The translations under genes were made by a program, and so were the position numbers. Positions 1-11,008 of a DNA stretch of 64,000 bases are shown here, piece after piece (the stretch's first letter is position 1; each line of letters starts with the position of its first letter). Origin of the DNA: Podarcis erhardii (taxonomy: Eukaryota). The stretch lies in assembly GCA_964252035.1 (NCBI GenBank), contig OZ176203.1. The stretch is one strand, 5' to 3'. The notes under the pieces were generated by a model that had not been told where the DNA came from, ran no database searches, and was given only the letters and a program-made list of their open reading frames with translations.

Positions 1-151
1 GCTGCATCTTTGTAATTAAAAGATCACAATCTTTCAGTCAAAGACTTTCAGCAAAGGATTCCTCTGCTGAAGTTTCTCATGCAAACTTTTTCTTCAAAAG
101 AACATCTTGGCTTAATAAACTGCCTAATGATGGCAGGAGTAGCGGCCTTAC

Positions 152-345
152 CTGCCATCTGCATAATCTGCATCGGCTCCTCCCCACCAAACATCAGAGT
201 CATCTTCTTCAGCATCAGCTGAATCTATGTTGTCACTTTCGTCTGCTACCGGGCAGCAAACAAACTCCACACCCCGGAACTTGTCAATCCCACACGGTAA
301 CAGCATACCATAGTCATGCAGATTCATGCCCTTTTCGCTACAGGA
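152..345 (-). CDS. APP: APP exon 5 (end of copper-binding domain, start of acidic domain)
   Basis: Minus strand reads ttttgtttttag|TCC TGT AGC GAA AAG... = [64 protein letters not shown](S), then AG|gtaagg. 194 bp, matching the recalled length of vertebrate APP exon 5; phase 0 in, phase 2 out. Y168 and M170 (human numbering) conserved. Confidence 0.98.
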
Positions 346-2067
346 CTAAAAACAAAATGGGGGGGGGGGGAGGAGACAGAATATATGGTTACACGAGAAA
401 GAAGCTATTTAAAATATTTATTAGAGAATGGCTAACAAATTGATTCAACGTGTACACTTAGCGTTAATTCAACTCTTAGCACCAATTCAAACCTTAGAGC
501 AATAATCACACAGAAGCCCAGGAATTTGCTCTACATTGTGGTGGCTCCATGCAACGGTGGAAAGTAACTCTTACTTCACTGATGTTCAGTGAGAACCACA
601 AGGCGTAAATGAATACTAATATATAAAGGTTTTATCAAGAAGACATTCCCATGTTAAAGGATTACAGATAAACCACACAGAATATAACATACTTTGCATT
701 TGTATCTTCTAAGCAAGTAGATGGTGCATTGCAGATATAATCTTGAAGTCAAGAGCACTTGGAAGTCAACCTGAGACAGCACTCTCCAAAATATACGGAT
801 GTGCCTTCAGATATTCACAGAAAAAGAAAGCACCCCCTTGTGAAAGGAATTAAAAATGGGAAAAGTGGCCTTAAGATGTTTAAAAGTTCCCCTTCCATGA
901 TTTAAACCTGCAGTATTTCTCACTGACAGAATTAGATAAGAACTACAAACAGCAAATATACACAAATCAGGTGGGGTAGGAGTGGAATTCAAATTTGGAC
1001 CATCACTGAAAATCCCTGTTGTATTCTCACTTGTAGAATCAAGGACGGTGGGTTTGTCTGTTTGTTTAAAAAAAAGATGTTTGGTCCATTAAAAATGGAC
1101 TTTTTAGTTTAAGACAGTAGACTACACAGTCCACTTTTCCAGATGTTGAAAACAAGCAACAACAAGCATAGAAGAACAGCAGTTTTATTTACTTATCCTT
1201 AAGTTCTCTATGTTTTTAACATAAAAAAAAAATCCATGGTGCCTGTTCAGACATCAGATTACACAATTACCTATTGTATTTATTCTTCTTCTGCCACCTC
1301 ATTTTCCACCTGAATTAATTTGTTTGAAGAGAACCACTTTGAGGTCCTTGATGTCCAGGTAGGTTAAAATGTGTTCCTCCATAAGTTGATTGTATTCCTA
1401 TTCTTTTTGTGCCTGATGTTTTTCTTAAACAGAATGTTTTTAGTGAACAGAAACTGCTCTGGCTTATGTAGACTACAGCTGGACAACACTGAGAAGATGC
1501 AAGAACATTGAATATTGTAAATGGCATTGTTAGAATGATGTAGCCAATGCTAATCAAAGGGCATAACTGATATGATGGTTTCTCGAGGATCTTGTCCCTT
1601 CTGCAATTTGTTTGCAGCATGCAGTAGTTTCAAGAGCTCTCAGTAGGCTGCCTGTTATATCCTTCAAGGTGCCATTACTCTCAAGAATGGACTGTGGTCA
1701 TCAGTAATAATTTACTGCTGCAGCACCTTTAGAGTGAACCTGAACACAGGAGCCACAGAAATTCATTATGTTTTGTTGTTTGTCTTGTGTAAGTTGTTCC
1801 CAGAGTATTTTGCTGGCCTTTGCAATTTGTTTAGCAACTGTTCTAAGCTGGTAGCACTGAACTGTGATTTTATTTTCCGTAAGATTTTCCAAGTGTTTGT
1901 CAAAGCCACTAAAATCTGACATGGAATATAACTGAAAAATTAAAATATTTGGCTCCTAATTAAGGCTTCAGACAATAAAGATGAACACTCAGCTGTGCCC
2001 ACAGGCTTATAAAACAATAGATAGGAATATAACCACACATTCCCCTTTTCCCCACAATACCTTATTG

Positions 2068-2206
2068 CAGTGTTTCCCAACACCGGGTCTTCAGCTGTTT
2101 TTGAACTACAACTCCCATCATCCCTAGCTAGCAAGACCAGTGGTCAGGGATGATGGGAATTGTAGTCCGAAAAAAACAGCTGGAGACCCAAGGTTGGGAA
2201 ACACTG
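2068..2206. mobile_element. Palindromic hAT-type MITE
   Basis: Perfect 14-bp TIRs CAGTGTTTCCCAAC/GTTGGGAAACACTG, exact 8-bp TSD CCTTATTG (2060-2067, 2207-2214), internal fold-back (actacaactcccatcatccct ... agggatgatgggaattgtagt). Confidence 0.92.
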
Positions 2207-2265
2207 CCTTATTGCATTTATTTTTATTCATAAGAAGCTTCAAATAATCTTCAAGGTACTGATTA

Positions 2266-2412
<147 letters not shown>

Positions 2413-3477
2413 TCATTTTATTATCACCTTGAATGGATGCTTTTCAGAGCAGCAGCTTACAAGCAGACATCTTACAAACTGATACTGGGAAGAAAATGTT
2501 CCCTGTGGGCCAACTCACACCTTAATTAACAGCCAGATTTAAAAAATAAAAAATAAATCCTCACTGAATTAAGTAGATTTCAATTTGTGATATTATTGCA
2601 TAGTGCCTGTACTTTAAATACACAAATCTAATGGCATGGTATCTCTTTTGCTTCTGCAGTGCCAGTACTTACAAGCCTCACTTCTGAAACATCCCCAACT
2701 CGCTTATCTTTGTGCCCAAAGGGTAAGAAATTTGACTGTTCTAAAATGAAAACTGGTACTTTCAGGTTATCAAATTTGGTTCTTTTGACCTTGTATGACC
2801 AGAACACAGTGGAATATACAGCCCTAATGGATGGTGGATCCAATATCCCTACTTTAAGATTAGTTGGCTGAAGTCATCCCTTTCACTATACATTAAAAAT
2901 GATGAAAATACAATCTGATTAATACAGAAGTCAAAATGATGGGAAAACTCATATTGTCTAATGCCAAGTCAGATGTTCATTTCTTTATAAGATTTCTCAC
3001 CCGCCCGCCATCAAAAGGACCCAGAACAAGTTAGAATAATAAAATGCACAATTATAAAAATAAATCCATTATAAAAACATGTAAAACCATTTCAAATGGA
3101 ACTAAGCAATAAAAATTTAGCAAAATGGGTAAATTATAAAAACCCAGGATACGGGTTTGCCTATAACTGGTTTTATGAAAGGGTAGTCAATTCTAAGCAT
3201 CTTAATTTAGTACTTTTCTTGTCATGAAAAAGGCTTGCAGGAGCACTTTCAAACAAACATTGAGATGGACCAAAACAAATTGCTTCTACAATTGATGGGC
3301 TAAGTTCTGCTCATGAAAGGGGAGGGGTTATTCTGTGAGCAGAACTCTCTTTCCATCACCAGGAACACTGGAACACACAACACGGACCCTAACAGGAGAC
3401 TGATATGATTTAGCTCTCATCAGTATGTTTCTTGATGAACCATTTATAATAATGAACAAGAACCATTTATAATAATT

Positions 3478-3790
3478 AATAATAATTTATTATTTATACC
3501 CCGCCCATCTGGCTGAGTTTCCCCAGCCACTCTGGGCAGCTTCCAACCGAATATTAAAAATAATACAGCAGCAAAGATTAAAAACTTCCCTAAACAGGGC
3601 CGCCTTCTGTTGTCTTTTAAAAGTAAAATAGTTGCTTATTGCCTTGACATCTGCTGGGAGGGCATTCCACAGGGCAGGTGTCACTACCTCTGCCTAGTTC
3701 CCTGTAACCTCACTTCTCACAGCGAGGGAACCGCCAGAAGGCCCTTGGAACTGGACCTCAGTGTCTGGGCTGGACAATGGGGGTGGAGAC
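3478..3790 (-). mobile_element. L2 LINE 3' fragment
   Basis: Closely similar to the 3' end of the long L2 at 53657-55550 (ccccgcccatctggctgagtttccccagccactctggg...; translates ...ALWNALPADVKAISNYFTFKRQQKAALFREVFN). Confidence 0.9.
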
Positions 3791-5579
3791 ACATTTACTG
3801 TCTACTGCACAACAAGAAACACTTCAGTGCGAAAGTATGGCTCCCAGCTCCAGAGTGTCGTAAGAGTGAAGCCCTCTCTTGAGCACTGCACTTTTAAATG
3901 GCCAAAAGAGATCCACATACTTAACTATAACAATCCCAATATATCACCTGGGAAGAAATGTTTACTTTGCTTTGCGGTTGTAGAGATTAATTGATAAGCA
4001 GTATGATTTATTACCTGACAACTGCTGTCATTCTCTGGCAAGTTTGGCGTTTGTGAGCCATCTTAATTATCCAAGTGATAAATGGTGAAGAAACAGGCTT
4101 ATAGAAAGTTTACATGAAGAGGAAGAAAAAACACTATCTACACGAGCATTTGAGGTTAGGCAGTAAGAACATGACATAACTGTAATCCACACCTCTTTAT
4201 GCAGCGTTAAGTACACCTGTTATTCATATTGTGTAGGATGCCACATTCTGATTTCAACTATATTCATTTCCACCTAGTCACACTGGCCTCATTTGATGCA
4301 ATATTAACCTACCATTTAGAACTTTGTGAACTCAGTTTTTCCTCCTCTCTGGCATGGTCACAAGATAAAATAAAAATAAAAATTCTTCCATTATTATCTG
4401 TCCTTCGACTTTTGTACACTCCAGAGGAGGAGATTAAAAGCACCCACTTCCTGTTTAAATTAACCATTATTTGTTCTTATGAAATTAGTTTTAAACCTTT
4501 TGGGTTTGGTCCTGACTTGTTCCAAGGCATCATAGTTTAAACTAACCACTGTTTGGCCTGTCTGCAGTTCTTAGCATTGCATTTTTATATTCTTAGTCTC
4601 AATTCTGATTGCTTAAATATCTGCATCACAACTAACTTCTCCTTTAACTCATCTGGAGCGTATGATACAGCAAGTTAGCATCTGATCTCCCAAACTCCTG
4701 ATTTTGCATGCGGATGTGACACATGGGTGGCAGATAGTTTCATTTTTCATTTGTATCTAGCCAGCCTTGTGAAATTTTTACATTTTTAGCATTCTATTCT
4801 GCCTGAATAAAAGTTGTGTTTCACCCAAAAGTCTTTGTATTCCGTACCACAGCACCAACTGATTATGCAGGGCATTTTGATTATTTTACGATCATCAGTG
4901 TGCTTCTATGTACTTCAGGTTGTGTTTGGATTGGAGTCCTAGTTATTGACAGCTGAATAAGATCAAAATTCATTTGTTTTGAAGTGTTGACTTGTAATGA
5001 TAGGGAATTACATCAGAATCAACTTATTGATTTAGGTATAAAATAAGTGGTCTTGTAAAACCATTAACAAAAACGTTCTCTCTGCTAAGAGGCATTCCCA
5101 TTTTCTATAAGTAGTCCTATAACTGCTAGCAATCAATTACTTTGTCAGGCCACTGTTTCTCGACAAAGGCCTGATTAAGACATAAGGCTTAACTACGGTT
5201 TAACATTACAAGAAGCAGCCTTGGGTTTGTCAGCTCCTGCTTCTCTTATCTCTATCAGCTTGGCTGTGAGGAGTTCAGAAGCATTTCTCCCTAAAGCCGC
5301 TAGCATATTATGCTTTTCAGGGCTGACTATGCAATCTGTAACCTGACAAGCTTCTCTTGTGGGCACATGCTGACAGAAATGTATTTTACAATACTTTTCT
5401 GCCATTAGACAACAAATAAGCTAAAAGCAAATATATAATGTTTCAAGTAAACTAAAAGAGCTTCAGAGGTTTTGGTACATTTTCCAAACACTCAAGCGCA
5501 ATTATTTTGTGCCTTGGGAACTGTAGTACTTTTATGTTCATACCAATCCCACTTTGAGGTTACTGATGATCTGTATATT

Positions 5580-5891
5580 TGAAGGAGCATCTTCACCCTC
5601 ATCTTTCCAGCCCGGACACTGAGATACAGCACCGAGAGGCTTTTGGCAGCTCCCTCACTGTGAGAAGTGAAGCTACAGGGAACCAGGTAGGCGGTCTTCT
5701 CGGTAGTCGCGCCAGATGTCAAAGAGATAAGTAACTATACAACCTTTAGAAGACATCGGAAGGCAGCCCTGTACAGTGAAGTTTTTAATGTTTAATGTTT
5801 TATTACGTTTTTGTATATGCTGGAAGCTGCCCAGAGTGGCTGGAACAACCCAATTGGATGGGCGAGGTACAAATAATAAAATTGTTGTTGT
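5580..5891 (+). mobile_element. L2 LINE 3' fragment (diverged, internally deleted)
   Basis: Same 3' end as the 53.7-kb L2 (aggcagccctgtacagtgaagtttttaat...gctgcccagagtggctgg...gggcgaggtacaaataataaaattgttgtt). Confidence 0.85.
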
Positions 5892-5892
5892 T

Positions 5893-6150
5893 TCTGTTAT
5901 TGCATGGACAACTGTGGTCAAGCTATCCAGGAATGGCTATCGCTGTCCTTATCACCCCTGGTTGGTAAAAGGCACTCTGGGCCACCAAGAATACTTGTTC
6001 TTCCAATGACAAGAGATGGACTCAGAAGCACCTTTGGCTATGCGGAGAGAGTGTGACTCCCTGCCGCTCAGGCAAGCAGCTTACCAGCTACCTGGATACA
6101 ACCACTCACCCACACAGCCTTCGTCTTGCCAAGATTGAGGCTCAGTTTTT
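5893..6150 (-). mobile_element. Old L2-like RT fragment
   Basis: Minus strand gives degraded LSLNLGKTKAVWVS ... LSLEEQVFLVAQSAFYQ, resembling LRLNPDKTEVL ... LSMEAQVNSVSRAAVYQ of the intact L2 in this window. Confidence 0.6.
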
Positions 6151-6502
6151 CAGCCCTCATCGAGGACCTGCAATTCACTATTAAATTTCATACTGCTCTA
6201 CAAAAGTTTACAGGAAAGCACAATCTATAATAATTTTAATAAATAAAAATAAATGCATTGCCCAATTTATTAAACCAAATTCACTTCTTAATTATAAACC
6301 AGCACCTTAGGGTCATTCACACTGCCAAATTTAGGCAACTTGTGGCTCCCTATGGATTCTGGAGCTGGCTTTTGTTCTCTATGTAAGAGAATATTAAGGT
6401 TACCATAGTAAGCTACTTAAAACAATGGGATTGATATTAATTCTACATAGGTTATGAGCTCTATGGAAAGAACTGGGAAGCTGGCCAGAGAGTTAAGGTA
6501 TG

Positions 6503-6748
6503 CAGTCATACCTTGGGTTAAATATGCTTCAGGTTGAGCATTTTCAGGTTACGCTCCGCAGCAACCCGGAAGTAACGGAAGGTGTTACTTCCGGGTTTCG
6601 CCACTCACGCATGCGCAGATGCTCAAAATGACATCACGCGCATGCGCGGAAGTGGCGAATCGCGACCCGCGCAGACGCGAGTTGTGTTCACTTCAGGATG
6701 CGAACCGGGCTCCAGAACGGATCCCGTTCACATCCAGAGGTACCACTG
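6503..6748. mobile_element. Tc1/mariner (Tigger-like) MITE with CpG-rich interior
   Basis: Ends CAGTCATACCTTGGG ... CCAGAGGTACCACTG followed by TA (left flank TG). TIR type matches the MITEs at 37844, 42067, 56394 and 63515, but the interior differs. Confidence 0.75.
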
Positions 6749-7489
6749 TAACTCTGTGCTCTCCAGTTCACCACAGCTTGAACCAAAGAGTGGCCATTTT
6801 GAAGAGCGTTTGCTGGTTTTTATTGCATTTTTAAAAATAGGCTGGGACTCTTTCTGCTCTTTGCCCTGAAGCATGTAACTGAAAAGGAAGGATAAAGCAG
6901 CACTCCTTTCCTGAAGCAGAAGGAATTCCTCCACCTCCAAACATCTGGGTTTTTTTGTGGGAAGGATGTAACACTATTGGCATGGACTCGCCTGCAAGAC
7001 TTTCTTTCAAAGGATACATGTGGTTGAAAGTATGCTTTTTTAGAAGCATGCTATTTTAGAAGACGCTCAGAGACAATATTAATGATATTAAAGGACATGT
7101 AGCCAGTCAACTGTAGATAATGTTGTCAGGCCCCATATACACCACTGGATCCATTTTAATGCATAATTCAACAATATACATTTCTCTCAAATTAGCTAAA
7201 TTGACAAAAACATGAAACGTAATTAAGATACACAGGAAAATATTATAAGCAGCCACATGGATCACTTAGCAATTTAAAACAGAAACAACTGAATGCTGTT
7301 TGCATATTGCTGTATATAGTAATTAAAGCAGAAATCTAAATGTATCCTAATCATAAAATAGACTCTTAGCACTGTTTAAAATGGCTGTGTTTTCTAGGTT
7401 GATCTTGCTTATTTAGACTAATCTAAACATTGAAGTTTTAAATATAGAAGAATTCAGCAAATGCTGCTGCTTTTCTGTCTGGTTACATC

Positions 7490-7790
7490 TTATTTATTTA
7501 TATTTAACAAAATGTATAGACCACGTATTCAGCACAGAATAATAATTTCTAAGCAGCTTACATTAAATGGTATAAAATATTTATAAGAAAACACCGGTAA
7601 AATAAATAGACTTTATGGGGGAAAAGCTAACATAATAAAATTATCAAAATATATAAAACAAGCAGCATTTAAAAACCAGTATACACAATAGAAATTACAT
7701 GCCTAGGTAGGCTTGCATAAACAGAAACCTTTTTAGCAGGCATCAAAAACAGAGCGGAGGTGGCTGCCGAATATTAATGAAAACACATTA
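7490..7790 (-). mobile_element. Degraded L2-like 3' end
   Basis: tatttatttatattt tail followed by L2-like AT-rich 3' UTR and 'ctttttagcaggcatcaaaaacagagcggaggtggctgccg'. Recognised by resemblance only. Confidence 0.4.
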
Positions 7791-9072
7791 TTTTTCCAGA
7801 CACACTAAGTGTTATTCAAATCTTACTCATCATGCATATAAATATGGGGGATGCATTTGCTTAGGAAAAGCTTCTTTAACATGCTTCGTTGCATTTGCAG
7901 ATGCCCATCTAAAATTCCCCTGAAGTACTGTATCATTTTCTTGTTGCTTATTCAGGTTTTGAATAAAAACCTTTTCCCAGTATTTTATTCCTTCACGGCT
8001 GGCGTTTCAAGTCTAGGTGTTTACGTGCCCTGCAACTTTGGATTAATGGGTGCAGCAAGAGAACCACATCACCATGGCTACTGATAGTAAATCAATATGT
8101 AACAAACATCCTAAACATTTATTTTCTGGAGCACCAAAATTCATAAATGGATATTATTAAATCTCTCAGAAAGTGTGCAAGCATTAAGTGTTTCTTCCAT
8201 CAAGCAGCACAAGGGTCCTCTAAGCTTATGAAGACACTTAAATCTTTCCCCAAAAGTTGTTTTGGTTGGCTCAGGAGACAAGTACCAACACAGTTGGAAT
8301 CCTACAAGGCCAATGGGTAGAACAGCATCCCTAAAAAGACTAGGCACAGCCAGTAAAGAAACATCTTTGTCAGGTCACCTTACTGTTTCTTTTTCATCTG
8401 AAGAACTGAAAGCATGCTATGACTCAAGCACAGTTACACTATTTAACCTGCACTTCCAAAACCATAAGCTGTTGGCCCTTTGTTAACATTACATGATGGG
8501 AGGAGGCTTTTAAAAATAGGTTATGGTATAGCTGAAAAGCCTCTGTGATAGAGGAACTGGGTTACTCAGCACCTATCGTTCCAAACTTGTCCAATAAAAA
8601 ATGTTTCTCAAAGTAAACACAAGTGCATAAACTGATTTTAATATTGGATTTTTTATATTGCTGGAACCTAGCTTGGAACATTGTGGTTTGTTTATGGACA
8701 ACAAAGAGGGTGGGAGGGGAGACAACAAATGAACATTGGTTTGGAACAACTTGCAGTTTCTTTGCTCATCTGGAAGACAAATCCTGCTTGTCCAACAAGC
8801 AGGGCCGCCGACTTATAAAAAATATTGGGGGGGGGGGGCCATACCGGGGTCCTGCCCCGGGAAGTTTTCTAAGAGCCGCTCCCGGCCGTTGCTGCTGCTG
8901 CCGCCCGCCTCGTGGCCCCCTCGCCAGCTGAGGGAGGGAGAGACCGAGAAGGAGAGAGATGCGTGGTGGGCAAGGCAAGTGCCCGCCGCGCCTCGCCTCC
9001 CACCGCCCCTCGTGCCGGCCGCCCCCTCCCCTCCCTTCCCTGCGCGCACGCTCGCTCGCTCGCCCTCCTCAC

Positions 9073-9182
9073 CCCAGCTCTTGGCCGTTCACCCCAGGAA
9101 CTCGCCGCTGTTGGCGGTTGTAGATGAACCTCCGCCCCTCGGCCATAGACTGGCTGAAGGGCTTCTCCTCCTCCTTGGCCAT
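9073..9182 (-). pseudogene. ATP1B3: Captured, inactivated first coding exon of Na+/K+-ATPase beta-3 subunit
   Basis: ATG at 9182; removing one inserted base gives MAKEEEKPFSQSMAEGRRFIYN(P)NSGEFLG*TAKSW + G|gtgagg. Compare recalled human ATP1B3 [37 protein letters not shown], whose exon 1 also ends after 36 codons + 1 nt. Lesions: +1 insertion, TGA at the Arg codon, GGG at the Trp codon. Confidence 0.85.

Positions 9183-9207
<25 letters not shown>
9183..9207. repeat. (AG)n microsatellite followed by G11 run
   Basis: Direct reading; on the minus strand it lies immediately 5' of the captured ATP1B3 ATG. Confidence 0.95.
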
Positions 9208-9218
<11 letters not shown>

Positions 9219-10720
9219 CTGGAAAGAGAGAGGGAGCTCGGCGGTTCGCGGGCGGCGGTTTTTCCCCTGCCGAAACAACAGCGGCTCCTCAGAACCGCTA
9301 AGTAACTCTCCCTCAGGTGCCCGGCGGGAGAGCAGAAGAGAGGAAAAGGAAAGAGGGGCTGGGCCAGTCGCACGCACCGAGCAAAACTACTCGCGCCGCC
9401 TCTTTTACTACCGTAATAATTATTTGTTTTAACTCATTACTGAATGTATTTTAAAAGGTAACTATCGTCAAACAAGGAAAATAAAAAATACCAACATAAT
9501 TTTGTGATTTTACAAAGCATAATATAACTAATAATTTTCTTAAATTATTGGGGGGGGCAGAGCCCCCCCAAACGAATTTTTGAGGGGGCTTGGGCCCCCT
9601 CAGGCCCCATGGAGTCGGTGCCTATGCCAACAAGCCATGGTTAAAACAAATGGTTTGTGTAATGTCCAAATGAGGCCTATGCCAATTACACCCACAATGC
9701 TACTGAGCAATGCAAAAATGAACAGAAAGGTGTGTGGGGCTGGATAAGAGATTGGTCTGTTGTATATGCACCTGAAAGCCTATTGGTCACCACAGAGCCA
9801 TGTTTAAATAACAAAAGAAGTTTAAGGTGTTTTGTAGCACCTTATTATTATGTCAGGCTTTGGTGAAGTACAGTTTACCTGATTGGATCCTCAGTTTTTA
9901 AGTGTTTCTACATAGGTGTAGAAGGAATAAAAAGTTGCTGACTGTGAAAATTGTGAAGACATGCAAAATTGTTTGTAACAATTCAATTAGAGCTTAAAGT
10001 GTATGCAGAGTCAGTACAGCAACCATTCACAACAGTGGTAGCTGAAGACAAATGTGTTAAGATTATAGTGCTAAGCAAATGACACCTGTAGCAGGCCAGA
10101 AAGCCACTGTACTTGCCTATCTTAGTTGACACATCTGCATCTGGCTCACATACTGTAGCAAAACTGTTATAATGGGAACACAGAACAACACATACAACAT
10201 TTGCCTTGAGTAAGATGATTCTCTAGGGACACTGACAGAAACAATCTGAGATGCATATTGATGAAACTGAAGTATATAACAAAGCCTGAAAGTTCCTTCT
10301 ACGAATGTCAATTCAACTAATTGCTCCGTCCAAACCACCAGTAGAAAAACAAAGGATCACATTACCTTTTAAGAACTATCCTAATCGTATTAATCCCATA
10401 AACAAAGAGTAGTATTTTAGAGCATCTTTTCCTTTAGTATTCCCAAAAGGTACTGTGTTAAAATGGAAGTCAGTGAGCTATGAAATTAGCACCTTGCTTG
10501 TGTTTTTGTTGCCTTTTATTCTGCTGCCTTAAAAAGGAAGCTTAATTCTTATACCCAGACATCAATATTAAGTCAGCCTGAAATATACATGCATATTCCC
10601 AAAATGCGTGCATATTATACATAGAACATATCGTGCAATCTTAGGCAGAGCAGAAATTAACAGCTAAAGAACATGACTTATTTTTGAGGAATTGGAGTAT
10701 ATAATCACCTAGCTGTAGAC

Positions 10721-11008
10721 CAGTGGTTCTCAAACTATTTACTCTGGGCCACACCAATTTTTTTATTGATAATAAATACTTTGGAAATAACAACTAGGAT
10801 TGTCCTCAGTATCACTTGATGCTCTTGCTCTCATTCTGAAAAGATTCTTATCCATATTTTGCAAAGAAAAAAAAATGATACTATATTATGCTATATATTA
10901 CACTGAAATGTTTAAATGTTTCTTTGATTGTTCCAGAATCTTCCCACCACACTTGCCATCCTCTCCTGCCACACCAGTGTGGTGTGCCACACCCTTTGAG
11001 AACCACTG
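10721..11008. mobile_element. hAT-type MITE (older)
   Basis: TIRs CAGTGGTTCTCAAA / TTTGAGAACCACTG; 8-bp flanks CTGTAGAC vs CTGTAATC (6/8). Confidence 0.8.

Larger units (their letters stand above)
8800..9626. mobile_element. Non-autonomous hAT-type element carrying captured host DNA (Pack-TIR)
   Basis: Exact 8-bp TSD CCAACAAG (8792-8799, 9627-9634). Imperfect 13-bp TIRs CAGGGCCGCCGAC / GTCGGTGCCTATG (10/13). Interior about 8860-9400 is CpG-island-like. Confidence 0.85.

Noticed and set aside
3437-3476. 17-bp direct repeat GAACCATTTATAATAAT as the TSD of the adjacent L2 fragment
   Set aside because: Both copies lie on the same side of the element; more likely slippage at the tail.
8736-9432. 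Cluster of 67-189 aa ORFs on both strands as a novel gene
   Set aside because: Low-complexity products (poly-ER, poly-LS) of GC-rich and microsatellite DNA lacking stops; the only recognisable coding signal is the frameshifted ATP1B3 exon.
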